The notes under the pieces: generated by a model
Database searches by the model: none
What the model saw: the letters and a program-made list of their open reading frames with translations, nothing else
Told to the model about the DNA's origin: nothing
Position numbers and translations under genes: made by a program
Shown: one piece after another, positions 36,235-49,435 of the stretch
Numbering within the stretch: the first letter of the stretch is position 1
Layout: each line of letters starts with the position of its first letter
NCBI GenBank assembly: GCA_017654855.1
Contig: CM030334.1
Span: forward strand, 3,100,001 to 3,164,000
Direction of reading: 5' to 3'
DNA: 64,000 bases
Source: Podospora anserina
Taxonomy: Eukaryota

Positions 36235-37076
36235 CTTGAATGAAGGGGGCTCTTATAAGAGCTGTGGAGGGTGTGAGTTGGTGATGGATGATGATATGGC
36301 TGGGTTTAGTCTCGAGCCAGCACGAACCCAAACGAAAATGGCTGCGAGTAGCTCGAGTGGGAAGTCTGGTTGCTGATATGGACGGTCTCAGACACAAGTC
36401 GGCGGGAAAAGGCGTGAAGTTGACAGACGCCACGGACGACACAACCCAGCTGAAGGAGCTGGAAAGGAAAGGGCAAGGGCAAAGTGACGCGGACAAGATC
36501 GTCGGCTTGTGTCACCCTTTATGCCGCTTCTCCCCCCCAAGCTATCGAATCATTACCAATCCGGTCACAAGTTGACGGAAGAAAACATGCATGCATCACG
36601 CCAGTTAGTGAAACTAAATCGGGAAGCCACTAGTTTCAAGCCTCTGCCGTCTCTCTTGAACTGTAAGCTCCAGGAGATATTCCACAGCTAACATGGAGTC
36701 TTGTCGTCAAGTTAAACTTTCCCCAGAGAGATCACCTCACTTGCTTCTGATGGCGCGGTCCAGGTCGGTGATGACGGCACCGAGGCGGCCGAGCTGAGAG
36801 ACAAGCTGGCTGACCAATCACTTCACACCGATTTTCATGGCCCCAGTTATGCGGGGTCGCTCCCGTTCGGACCGGTATCTTATCAATTTGTGCCGCCGTG
36901 TGCCGATGTGCCCCGCGTCTTCGTTTCTCGAACCTGCATCCGAGAGGACGGCCGGCCGATTGTGCATGTTTTCTGTTAGTCACCTCCGGTTGCTTGGGGT
37001 GTCGGAGAAGGTGTCTAGGACTCTAGAAGGACCCATCGGCTCGCCTCCATCTCCACTTTCAAAGGCAGGCCTGCCG

Positions 37077-37090
37077 TCGGAGCTGGCCGA
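37077..37090 (+). promoter_or_regulatory. UaY/PCO-1-type purine-induction site TCGG-N6-CCGA upstream of allantoicase
   Basis: TCGG AGCTGG CCGA is an exact match, about 250 nt upstream of the ATG; GATA cores near 37137, 37199, 37212 and 37237; TATA-like TTATAAG near 37244. Confidence 0.7.
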
Positions 37091-37337
37091 CTTCCACTCG
37101 TTCTTCTGTGCGGGCCACTGGGTTGGGGAGGAGGCGGATAGGAGACTGACGTTGGATTTAAACGAAACCGTTTCCCCGGCTCTTGTGTCATATGCTTTGA
37201 TAACGATCGTTGATACGGCCGGCATCGGTTGGAACTGATAGGCTTATAAGTGTGCCCTCTGTGCCGCCTTGAAATTACATATCATCTATTTGGCCTTCTT
37301 ACCTTCAATTGCACTTTGAACCTCACAGCTGCCCACC

Positions 37338-38455
37338 ATGGCTGATGACTACGGATACGCTACCGAGGCCGTCCCGGCCACTTCGGTCTCTGCCGAATAC
37401 ATCGACAAGACCTTCAAGTCAACCGCCATTGGTAGGTGCAATTCTGTCTCACGGCAGGATGCCGTGCTAACCATCTTGCAGATTTGGTCTCAGCCACTCT
37501 TGGAGGTGAAGTTCTTGGCTTCTCAGACCAATGGTTTGCTGATGCTGCCAACTTGATCAACCCACTTCCCCCAGTTAGAAAACCGGGGAAGATGGTTTAC
37601 ACCGGTGCCTGGTATGACGGCTGGGAGACCAGAAGACACAACACTGAGCCCTTCGATTGGGTGGTGATCCGCCTGGGAGTTAGCTCTGGTACTGTCGAGG
37701 GCATTGAAGTCGACACTGCCTACTTCAACGGCAACCACGCCCCTGCCATCTCAGTCGAGGGCTGCTTCAGCCAAAACAACGAGGAGGTCCTCTCATGGAA
37801 GGGAGGCCGTGGTGGTTGGGAGACTATTCTCGGGCTTCAGGAGTGCGGCCCCAGCCAGAGATTTGGGTGGAAGTTGGAGAATCCCACCAACAAGCAATAC
37901 ACACACGTCCGTTTGAACATGTACCCGGACGGTGGTATCGCCAGATTCCGCCTCTTTGGTCATGCCGTTCCCGTCTTTCCAGAGGATACTAATGCCATCA
38001 TCGACTTGGCTGCCGCCCAAAACGGAGGAGTTGCTGTCTCGTGCAGTGATGAGCACTTTGGAACCAAGGACAACCTGATCCTGCCTGGCAGAGGCAAGGA
38101 TATGGGAGACGGCTGGGAGACAGCTCGATCTCGTGGTAAGGGTCATATTGATTGGACCATTATCAAGCTTGGAGCGCCGGCTTACATCCAGAATTTCCTT
38201 GTTGACACGGCTCACTTCCGAGGAAACTACCCTCAAAGGGTTGAGCTTGAAGCTATCGAGTGGAAGGGAGATGGTGAACTCGGGCCCGATGCTGAGGGTT
38301 GGGTGAAGGTAGCAGAGCCGATCAAGACTGGCCCAGATGCCGAACACCCAGCAGACAGCTTGGTCAAGGACAAGGTGTTTACCCACGTCAAGCTCATCAT
38401 TGTGCCTGACGGAGGCGTGAAGCGTGTCAGAGTGTTTGCGAAGCGTGCCGTTTGA
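37338..38455 (+). CDS. DAL2: Allantoicase (alc/DAL2); exons 37338-37431, 37482-38455; 355 aa
   Basis: Two allantoicase repeats: WYDGWETRRHN, VDTAYFNGN, NMYPDGGIARFRLFG, MGDGWETARSR, VDTAHFRGN, PDGGVKRVRVF. Confidence 0.95.
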
Positions 38456-39000
38456 GCCGTCGAGGTGAAACTGACTGGGAGCGGCGTGGCGGTTGAACGT
38501 TGAACAAACTGAAGGGATAGATAGAAAAAGGAGGACAGATAGCCAGATCGAACCGATTGATGTCACCAAACGAGACCATATTAAGCCATGTGACCCAAGA
38601 TCAATAGCGAGAAGAGTTGGATATTGGTTCAAAAAGATCATCAAACAAGGAGATTGAGATTAATGGTTTTCGTCTCTCTTATCCAACGCACGGGCCATCG
38701 AGGTGGGGAGGGCTGCGACTCGCTGTTGAATGATGCGGCCAAGGGCCAAAGCCCAGACTTTAAACATGCCTAACGCCTCAAGGGGGAGCGCAACTGTCGG
38801 GTCAAACGCCGTTTTCTAGCTTTCATCTCTCGATTTTTCCAAAACGTTGCACACTGGATTGGACACAGAGTTTTTGGCGCACCGCCAAACCCGAATGCGC
38901 ATGCCGATTGCCCACGGATAACCCCTTTGCCTCGCCCGTGAGCAGCCGCCCCGGACACGCAACACGCACGCATGCCAGCTCAACCGTAGCACCCTGAGCC

Positions 39001-41666
39001 ATGGATCTCGGGGATTCAGACGGCGGCTTCGATGCCGGCTTTGGTGGCCCGGAAAAGAAGCGCCCACTGCCCGCCGACCTGCCACGGTCACTAGACGACC
39101 GGAGACATGCTCCCGCCGAGTTGCTGGTGCCCGAGACGGAGATGTACGACGGATGGCAGGGTTGGTGTCCCTTCAACCTTCCCCTTTTTGCTCTCCCACG
39201 TCATACCGTGTGCTAACTCACGAGTCTTTTTGCTTTTCAGGACAATCGCAATTCCTGACCACGCCCATCACCGCGAAGCCGTTATCGTTTGGCAACCTGA
39301 CGCTGGATGACCCCAACTACGAGGAGGAGTTGACAAAGGGCGGCCCGGACAGCGAGAAACGGCTTATGGAAATGCTTGCCGCCCAGGCCGCACACACAAC
39401 GAGCGCCGTGTTCGAGGACGAGGATGTCGTCGCTGCCGATCCGAAGCGGTCCGAGGAGGAGAAGAAGGATGTATTGCAGAGGACGTTCATCATGGCCGCC
39501 AGCAATGGCAACCTGGAGTCTGTAAACAAGATATTGAACGGAAAGGCCAGGGAATACATTGACGTGAATGCGCCAGACGACGAGGGGACGCCGGCCCTCA
39601 TATACGCGAGCTGCTTTGTTAGTGCTATTAGCCATGCGCTCTCCCGTAAATTGCCCATGCTAATTGTTTTGGTGGTAGGGACACGAGTCGGTGGTACAGG
39701 CGTTGATTGACGCGGGAGCCGATGTCGACAAGCAGGATCGCAATCAATGGAGTGCTCTTATGTGGGCCATGACAAACAGACACAAGGGAATCGCGACGAT
39801 ACTTTTGGACAATGGGGCGTCGCCAGATAAGAAGACCTCGACAGGGAGGACGGCGTTCGATTTCGCTGGCCAGGATAGCGACATGAACTTTTACCTCAAC
39901 GACAGTGGCGGGTATGGCATCGGAACGGTCGGGCTAGACGATGACTTTTATAAACCTGGATTTTCCCAGGACAAGTTCGAGGAAGAGTTGGCCGAAAACG
40001 AAATGCGCCGACGCATGATGATGGACAGTGCTAGGGATCTGGAGGTGGACCTTGGCAACATGGGCATCGATGACCAGCCTGAGGTTTGTAGCCCCTATTT
40101 ACCCCTTTTTTTTTTCTGAGCTGATGCTAACAATCTCAGACCTTTGATGAATTCGATGAAGAAGAACAGCAGGAGTTTGACTGGTCAAGATGTCTTCACG
40201 ATCAAATGTTTGTTTTCCAGGAGAGCGATCTCGACACGATCCTAGACATTGTCATCACCAACATGACACCGCAACGATCTCCAACTCAGAAACCAGTACC
40301 AGCAAACATGATTTTTCTCGGGGCCAGATATGCGCATTATCACGCCAGTCCAGAGTTACTGGCGAAGCTACTGGTAACAGCTATGGACAAGATCAACTAC
40401 GTGGTGGAACAACACCAATGGGACATGACCATTCTTGCGTTCTGGATGTCCAACGCCACGCTTCTTCTACATTACCTCAAAAAAGACGACGGCCTCGTCG
40501 AGGCCACAACCGAGTTCCAAGCGCAATTGGCCGAGCTGATTAACGAAATTTTTATTCTTATCGTCCGCGACGCCGAGAGACGCCTGGACAAGGTGCTCGA
40601 ACCGGCGATGCTCGACCACGAAACGATACCGGGGTTCGAAAACATCACGTTTCAAAACGAATGGAAGCTCTTCAAGAGGAAAAAAGAGGTGCAAGAAGAG
40701 CCTCTCGAGAAGCGATTACGACCTCCGTCGCCAAAACAGCGAGCGAAGCCCTCGCCACGAAACGTTACTTCCCTGCTGTCGTCCACCCTTTTTGTGCTGG
40801 ATCTTTATGATGTGCACTCGGTGATCACGGCGCAGATTTCTTCGCAGCTGATATACTGGCTCGGGGCGGAGCTGTTCAACCGCATCATGTCCAACAGGAA
40901 GTATCTGGCGAGGACGAAGGCGATGCAGATCAGGATGAATATTTCTGTCTTGGAGGACTGGGTGAGGAGCAACAACCGGCAGCCGGAGCATTATGAAAAA
41001 GGGGAGATGAAGTCGACGGGGGAGACGTTGTTGGAGGCGTCGAAGAGGCACCTGGCGCCGGTGATTCAGCTGCTGCAGTGGCTGCAGTGTTTTTCGAGTC
41101 TGGGGCAGGACGACCTGGAGGCGCTGGTGGGGACGCTGCAGCAGTTGCGGAGTCTGAGTCCGCAGCAGCTGTTGCATTCGGCGGCGCATTATAGGCCGGA
41201 GGTTGGGGAGGGGGGACTGCCGAAGTCGGCGCAGAAGTATTTGGCTGCTGTTCAGAAGGAGCGGGAGGCGAGGAGGAAGGTGGCTGGGGAGGGGTCGTCG
41301 CCAGGGAAGAATAAGAATGGCGGTGGTGAGGTTCCGATGTCGCCGGTGGAGGGCGGCGGGGGGATGTTTGATGAGGAGGTGGAGGAGGCGCCGGCGAATT
41401 TGCTGCTGGATCCGGCGTTGATGCTGCCGTTTGTGCTGCCTAGCGTGACGGATATGTTGGTTAGTTATGGGGCTGGGTTTGGGGGGGTGAATAGGGAGCG
41501 GGAGAGGAAGTATTTGCCTAGTATACCGCCGGAGTTTTTGGAGAGGATTGAGAATGCGACTGGGCAGAGTGGTGGGGGTGGAGGGGGGATGGGAGGGGGA
41601 GGGATAGGGGGGATGGATAGGGGGCAGAGGTTATATGGGGGGAGGGATTGGGAGGATGAGGAGTAG
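39001..41666 (+). CDS. Ankyrin-repeat and Dilute (DIL) domain protein; exons 39001-39160, 39241-39617, 39679-40083, 40140-41666; 822 aa
   Basis: Ankyrin motifs GTPALIYASCF|GH, WSALMWAMTNRH, GRTAFDF; DIL-like ELFNRIMSNRKYLARTKAMQIRMNISVLEDW and QLLQWLQ; three canonical introns in frame. Confidence 0.88.
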
Positions 41667-44600
41667 AGTGGGGTTAGGGGGTTAGGGGATACTCTATAAG
41701 ATTCAAATGATAGATGGGTTCTCTTTGCTGGATGGGTGTTTGTGTATAAGGGAAGCTACCAGAACAAAGAAGCATAGATGGGGGGGTTGGTTGCGATGGT
41801 TTCAGGAGAGAATATTTCCAGCGTTATTGTCCATTTACTGTTGGACTTGGATGCAAGACTCAGGGGCAGGAATGCAGACTGGGCTGGGAAGCGTTGATTG
41901 ATTGCTATCCTTGGACATAATGCAGTCATTCTGCTGTAATTTACACATTCTGTCTCGGTGGTTGATTGCTTTTTTTTCTTGGGAGTGTTGGTACTCTGCA
42001 AGCTGCAAGGGACGGGACCAAAACCTACCTACGGCTGCTTGGTTGGGCCATTGGGCTTGTCTTGCCTAGGTGCTTTTCTTTTCTTCTTTTCGGCACTGAA
42101 CGACACCTCTATGGTCAGCGGCGTTCGCCCCTCCTCTCTCCGACTCTCTGTCTCTGGTTCTTCTTCTTCTTCTTCTTCTTCTTCCTCTTTTCTGCAGGTA
42201 CAGCTCCTCCATCATTGACGGGTACTACTCTGCGAGGTAGTATAGAAATTTGACACATCATCATCATCATCACCGACCTCGGCACTCTTCTGTTTTTCAC
42301 CCTGCTTTGAGTTCTTTCCAAGCTGTCTTACCTACGGACTGTTGTCTGGTGCTTCTCTCCCTCTTCTTCCTCTGGCCACAATTCGGGCTGCCATGCATGC
42401 TCTGCTGCTGCTGCTGCTGCTGCTGCTGCAGGTACGGGATCCTCATCACGCTCTCATATTGCTACGCTGAGCTAGCTTTTTAGTCTCGGCAGTCAGAAGT
42501 TTCTTCTTTCCTTCTCCGTGACAGTCTATCTTATTCTCCTCGGCAATGCTGCGTTCTTCTTTCCAGGTTTTTTCTGGTAGGTGCCCATGCATCCTGCCAG
42601 GGACGAGGAGAGCTATCAAGGGAGTACACGATTATTTGATTGGATTGAAGTGTGTGTTTGTGTGTGTGTGTGTGTGGGTGTGTGCGTGGTCAACGATGCA
42701 GGTCGGTCGGTCGGTCGGTTTGTGGCCCTACACTACAGGATGTTGTACACCGTGTCACTTCTTGCTTCTGGCGGTTATGATGAGAGTAGTAGACAGGGCA
42801 GAGAGAACGTGGGTTGCATGGGTTGGTGAACCCGGTTTGGCAACGGGGTGCTTAAACTTGGACGAACGATAGGTGGTTTTTTATTGCATGGGTACCTAGG
42901 GCAGAGAGGGTAGGTGTTGGCAATCGATGATGGGAGAGGCAAACACGGCGAGGCATTTTTGGGGTTGGGTCGTTATGCTGCGGTGAAGGGTGACTTTGAT
43001 GTGTATGCAGGGCGAGTTGTCAGTTCTGAGGTGATTATGCAAACGAAGGGATTGGTGATGAGAAAGTGAGAGCAAGGGCCGTATCAAGGTGAGACTTGGA
43101 CGTAAAACGGCGCTGACCTAGGTCTGTAGCCAAGGTAACCAAGGTGAGAGTAACTTGCTTCTATGCATGGTCTAGTCTAGGGTGGCCAAGGGAGAATAGA
43201 AGCAGGCCCTATGCCGGACCCATTTCCATGAATACCCTCAACCCTAGATTTGTAATGAAGCGAGGGATGTATGTTGACCGCGGAGCAGCCGAGCCGAACC
43301 GCTTCAACCCACCAATGGGTTTCCACGGCTTTTCAAATTTTCCAGCTCTCGTCGGGGGAGGGAAAAAATATATATCGGGGTCGAATCTCTTTTTTGGTGA
43401 AGCTGGCTAAATTGGTCTTGCCACGTCAAAAAGTGGTGGTGGGAAGCATGGCCGCCCAATCACTTGATTCACCAGTCACCTGAACCGGACCGTGGGATTC
43501 CGTTGGTAGGTGTCCTCTGAAAAGGACAGGATCATGGTTCTTCGGGTCACCGCTCCGGATTTGTTCTTTGATTCACTCGATCAGTGACAAGGAGGAGCGG
43601 TCACCAGATGTCACCATCATAGAATCACAGAAACAAAAAGTGGAGGAGGAAAACAAGCGGGGAAGGTCAAGGACCCCACCGTTCGTCGGAGCTGGGGCCG
43701 AGAAGCAAGTCATCAACACCAAAATCCGCAGCTGAGATGCGAGTGTTTTCGGGGTTGTTTTCTTCTTGTTTGCCGATGTGGTCCAAGACTGGCGAGTGAG
43801 ACAGATCTCAGGATCGAGCTGAATGATAAGAAAATCAAGAGAGAGAAAAAGAGAGACGACAATGTCTTGGCATGAGAGCGGTGGGGGTTGCCCAAGTGGG
43901 ACAGTGCAGGTATCCCGAAGTGGTGTAAGTGATAAGGACACCGGACGGTCAGCGAGATGTCCCATCGCAAACGAAGGGAGGAATGAGCAAAGTTTATACA
44001 TTGTGTTGATCCCAAGAGTCATCCACTCGGGTTGATATGGTCAGACTGAAAATATTCCCAAAACCAGCCAAACAAGATGCAGACTGTCTCGGAGGTGTGC
44101 TAACAGAAACAGAAACAGACGGCGGGATTAAACAAGCCGCGGACCGTAATAGGCAGCATGCAGGGCTGTCAATGCTGCTTTATTACCTGCAGCCCAGTGG
44201 CCGTTTGGCAGGTCTTGTCTTGCGCAAACCTCGGCCGAGAATTTGACTGGTTGACATGTTGAAGCCCGCACTGAGGTGGCATCCCCTGGCTGGTCCGTCG
44301 ATGCTAGCGGCGAGAATAAGAAGAAAAAAGCCTCCAAGAGGTCTGGTCTGGTTGGGTGCCATATTGGGCTCCACGATGATGCAGATGCAAGTCCCGGATC
44401 TGGTGACCCCCAGTTCCCAAGAAGAAAACAAGTGGGAAGGGACCCTTCACATAACTGGGTCATCTCCCGCTCGCTCACCCTCCAAGCCACGGCAAAAAAA
44501 AAAAAGGGCTATACTTCTGCGACTCTTGTTTCACTGCCCGGGACCTTCCTCGGCCGCAAGTGATACACACGAACAGACCTTGTGGTTCTCCGCTCTTTCG

Positions 44601-44795
44601 GACGCAAGCCTGGAGCAGATACCCGGAACGCCGTGACGCCCACTCACTCGGCGCTTGTTTTGATCTCAAGCGTTTGCCCTCATAGATGCTTTAAGCCGTT
44701 CCCAACTTTCCCACCGTTCATGGCTGTTCGGGGAACCTGTTTCTTCTTGCCCGGACGACTCCTGTCTTCTTTCACGAGCTTTGCCAGCCCAGCCG

Positions 44796-44830
44796 ACACC
44801 TTGAGAGTCAACACCTTGAGAGTCAACACC
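44796..44830 (+). repeat. 15-nt tandem duplication ACACCTTGAGAGTCA (x2.3) just upstream of the TBC gene
   Basis: acaccttgagagtca-acaccttgagagtca-acacc read directly. Confidence 0.8.
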
Positions 44831-44923
44831 GTTGGTACTACCATATAATACCAACTGCCAGTCTTGGACATTGGAACAACAAGCAAGCTGTGCCGTAGTC
44901 GCTGCAACCTTGACAACGGCAGA

Positions 44924-47900
44924 ATGGCCCCCCAGAAAGTTGCCAGCGTGCGCCACAAATCAAGGCCATCAGCACGACTTGCTCCCTTCCGCGACGACAG
45001 CAGTCTGGTAGCGCTGCGGTACGAGCAGACAAAACAAGCAGAGCCTCCCATTCCCCTTCCACCACCGAGAAATCCTCGCCGCATAATGCATCGCCCTGCG
45101 TCGACCATCGCATCGTCCTCCCCGAGTTCGCCAATCACCATCAACCCCCCGCCTGTTCCACCGCCGCAAGAAGAGCACCCTCTGTTCCGCACCCAGCCAT
45201 CACCCCGGTCCCCAGCAGACGAGTGGAAGAGAGACTCGGGTCTGGCGCCGACATCTTCTTCGGTTACGCTCCGAGAAGAAGGTGCTGAAGATCCTGGGTT
45301 TCAAAAGTTCCTCGAGGTTATCGATGACACGGCATCGGTATACTCCTCTGACGAGCAGCAGAACGGCCGAAAGGACGCGTCTCCGATCCTAGATATCTTT
45401 CCCACTCCACCTCTGCGTATCTCGATTCCTCCTCGTCGCTCCGAGTCTGAGTGTGCGCCCCAGGACAACGGAATTGTATCACCTAGCCAGACCACGGCGC
45501 CGGCATCGCCAGTGACACCAACACGTCAAACGTCTCTCACCAAGAGAATAGGCCAAACACTAGGACTCCGCTCCAAGTCGGAAGGGTCGAAACGGTTGCG
45601 AAAAAAGATGCTTGGCGACGACAAGGCTGCAGCTGCAACGGCCGAGGCTGGTCATGGAACAGCCATGCGGGGCGTGCCGGGGCCGCTAAAATCGCCTAAA
45701 CTCCCCGTGCTCCCCAGTTCTCCCACTACCCCAGCAGGGGCCCCTGTCTTGCGCGGTAGCTCTAACAGGGGAAACATTCCTGCAACATTAGGATCTTCTG
45801 CAACAGCCACAACTCCCACAACCCCCACAGCTCCTACAACTCCTGCAAATACAGGAGACACCACTTTCATGCCTCTCGACACGCCCATTCCCGCCGACAG
45901 CCTGTGGGACGACCTCGGTGACCTGTCCTTCTCCAAGAGAGGCAGCATCATGTTTGGCGGCAAAAGTGACCCATTCAAGATGTTGAAGGCCGCCGGCGCA
46001 ACCAGCTCGGCGGCAGCTCCCGCGACAGCGACAGGAAAAGAAACCGCGACACCGCTCTCGATGACGACGACGACGACGAAATCCCCCGACGCGGCGGCCA
46101 CGACGGTATCCAGCGACCGCCCTCCCACCGACTCGGACACAATCACGACAACCCCCGAGAAGACACGCTCGTCGACGCACACCACCACCCTGTCGGTACC
46201 GAGCATTCGCGTCCTGCCGGTAGATGTAGAGAGGGAATCACAAAAGGTGAGATCGCTCTATGAATCGTCTGGCGAGGGCTGTGGCTTGAACTGGGAGGAT
46301 GGGGGGCACGTGTCGTCCTCGTCGTATGGTTGCGGCGTCGGCAGCAACACCACCAGTGTTGTCGATCAGCATCATCAGCATCGGCGCCTCGAGCCCACAG
46401 TGGAAGTCCCATCCGAAGAGGAAGAGATAGCAGTTGTGTACGGTTTTCCTTGGCTTTCTTTTCTTCGTATTTTATGCTTATCTTGAGTTTATTTTTTTAT
46501 TTTGTTTTTCTGGTTTTTGGCACACAAGAGTTTACTGACAGCGAGCGCCTTCTTTTTCTCGCTCACGACTACAGATCTTCTTCTACTCCTCCCTCTTCAA
46601 GTCGGGTACCATCAAGCGCAGCCGGTCAGCAACAGCAAGCTCAGCAACAGCAGCAAGCGCCAAGCGACCGTCTCTCAGCGCGTACTACTCCAGCGTCGAA
46701 TACACCACGGTCGGCCAGTTCCTTGTCTCCGCTACGAGATAGCCACGCTTCTGCCGCGGTCACGAGGAGGGAATATGAAAGGGCGGGTGGTATTGAGGAC
46801 TGGGAGGATGTAGGGTTTTCGGATGTGGATCGGTATGGGTTCATCAGCCAGCGCCCACCTGCAAGACCGGAAACGGCGAGGGCTGGGACCCCAGAGTTGA
46901 GGTCGGCGCAGATGCCGCCTAGAAGGAGGAACGTGCTGACCAAGAGGCCCATGACGGCTTATTCCGCCACCGGGGGTGGAGGTGGTAGTTTGGGGGGTTA
47001 CATTCGACCACCAAGCAGGAAGGTTTCGACGAGGTCACTCAACACTTTTACGAGCGAATTCTCGACTCTGTCGAGGAGATCGACGAGGAGCTCGATCAGA
47101 TCGGCGACGAATCGGTTGCCGCATAATAGGGATCGGAGGTGGATGGATGAGGCGGGGGACATGCTTGCTTTGCAGGCGGGACTGACGGGGATCAACACGG
47201 ATGATCATGGGGATGGGGGAGGGGTGGGGTTTGCCAGCAACGTCGGGGTGAACGGGGGGAAGAACACGGAGGCACAGAAACGTAAGGAGTTGGAACGGGC
47301 CGAGAAGTGGAGGAAGATGGCGACTGTTGTGAATAAGAAGGCTGGGTCGTCGTCGTCGGCCTCACAGCCAAGTAGTCAGGGGCAGGGGATGGATTACGAA
47401 TTCGACACCAAAAACGCAAAGTTGATTGACAGGACCTGGAAGGGCATCCCGGACTGCTGGCGGGCGGCGGCGTGGTATTCCTTTTTGGCCACGAGCGCCA
47501 GGCAGTGGAAGAGCACCGAGACGGACGACTACTTGATTGCCGAATTTACGAGGCTGCAGCACGAGAGCTCGCCGGATGATGTGCAGATTGACCTGGACGT
47601 GCCGAGGACGATTAACGGGCATATCATGTTCCGCAAGCGGTATCGTGGCGGTCAGAGGCTGCTTTTCAGGGTGCTGCATGCCATCTCGCTGTTTTTTCCC
47701 GAGTTGGGCTATGTGCAGGGGATGGCGCCCCTTGCGGCGACGCTGCTGTGTTATTTTGACGAGGAGAGGTGTTTTGTCATGCTGGTGAGGATGTGGCGGT
47801 ACCGCGGGCTGGAGCACCTTTACAAGCCCGGCTTTGCGGAGCTGATGGGGGTGCTGGAGGACTTTGAGAACAGGTGGCTGGCCGGGAGGGACGTGGCGGC

Positions 47901-48321
47901 CAAGCTCAAGGAGCTGGCGATTGATGCCACGGCGTATGGGACGAGGTGGTACCTGACGCTGTTCAACTTGAGCATTCCGTTCCCGGCGCAGCTGAGGGTG
48001 TGGGATGTCTTTATGCTGCTGGGGGAGTGCCCGCCTCCAAATTATGAGGAGCAGCAGCAGCAGCTGGGGGAAAAGGAAAAGGGGAAGGGACCCGGGTTGG
48101 GAGCCACGGGTGTGCCAAAGGGGCTGGATATCCTGCATGCCACGAGCGCGGCGCTGATTAATGCGTTGAGGGATGTGTTGCTTGATTCGGACTTTGAGAA
48201 CGCTATGAAGGCGCTGACGGCTTGGATTCCGATTAAGGATGAGGATTTGCTCATGAAGGTTACGAGGGCCGAGTGGAGGGTTCATCATAAGGAGGGTGGG
48301 GGGAGTAAGTGGAAGATGTGA
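44924..48321 (+). CDS. TBC-domain Rab GTPase-activating protein with long disordered N-terminus; exons 44924-46437, 46575-48321; about 1086 aa
   Basis: WKGIPDCWR, Arg finger QIDLDVPRT, Gln finger GYVQGMAPL, LRVWDVFML; 137-nt intron GTACGG..ACTGAC..CAG joins the two ORFs in frame. Confidence 0.88.
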
Positions 48322-48555
48322 GGAGTTTTGTTGGAGGGCCTTTTTTTCTATTCATTTTTTTTTCTCTTGGGTCGTTTTTTTTGTTTGTTTGTTTGTTGGT
48401 TGGTTGGTGCCTGTTGCTCGAAAAGGAGATTGACAGGACACACAGGCATTTTTTTCTGTGCAGACAAGTTTGATACCCCCCGTTTACCTTTTTTTTTTGT
48501 TTCTCTGGTACAAGATTTGTTTATTCCCCCCTATTGCGATTTGGTTTGAGCGTTT

Positions 48556-48633
<78 letters not shown>
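48556..48633 (+). repeat. (TTG)26 microsatellite downstream of the TBC gene
   Basis: Uninterrupted trinucleotide run. Confidence 0.95.
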
Positions 48634-48636
<3 letters not shown>

Positions 48637-49435
48637 TTTTTTCGGTGTGTGGTTCTTGTCTTGTTGTTGTGGGATAGATTGAGGAAAGTGAGAGATGGAT
48701 GCTTTTGATGGAATGTTTTCTGCCCCTATTTCTCTTTTTAATGTTAGCTTGACTGGTTAGTTAGCTGGCTAGGTCGTCCACGTCCTTTGACAGGACTTGT
48801 GTGTTTCTTTTGTCTTTGAACGATGGTGTGGATGAGTGGTGATGAGATGGTGATGTTATAACTGTTGGGGTGGGATGGATGGTGGATGGGTAGGGTTAGG
48901 TTGATGTGGTTGCTGGAAGAGAGGGTGAGAAGTAAGAGAATGTAAATACATACATACCTATGATACTGACACCTGAATTTATGGATCATTCGAGGTGCTG
49001 GGTCAAGTGTGTGGGTGTTGTGCGTGGTCGGTTTCTCTGAGAGAGACTGTTCAGAGGTTGGTCTGCAGGCTGTCTTGTATCTTTTGTCTATTATCTAGAT
49101 TCAAATGGAGCTGTCGAACTCTTGACCATTTGTGGTATCGAGAAGATGCCATAGTTTCCTCTACATCTTTCTGCTAATTAGCAATTTCACAATTCATACC
49201 AGCCGGCAGTTTACACTTAAGTAGACTTTCATCACTCCTCGAAATAAATAGCTTACATTCAGATACCAACTAGCTAGATATGTCACCACTATTCAGTACC
49301 TATCAACACCATCTTCGACAAGTTCGCCCCAGCTCTCATTTTCCCCTGCAGACATAACACCAACATGGCTTTCCACCTAGCAACAACCTACCCCACGGAG
49401 AAATTATTCAAGACGAGACCAGAAAGATTATCATA

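Noticed and set aside
41756-42600. Coding-like minus-strand stretches (EEEE..PLTIEVSFSAEKKKRK) with an in-frame TAG at 42031
   Set aside because: Multiple stops in all frames and dominated by microsatellites (TTC, CTG, CAT); no coherent gene model.
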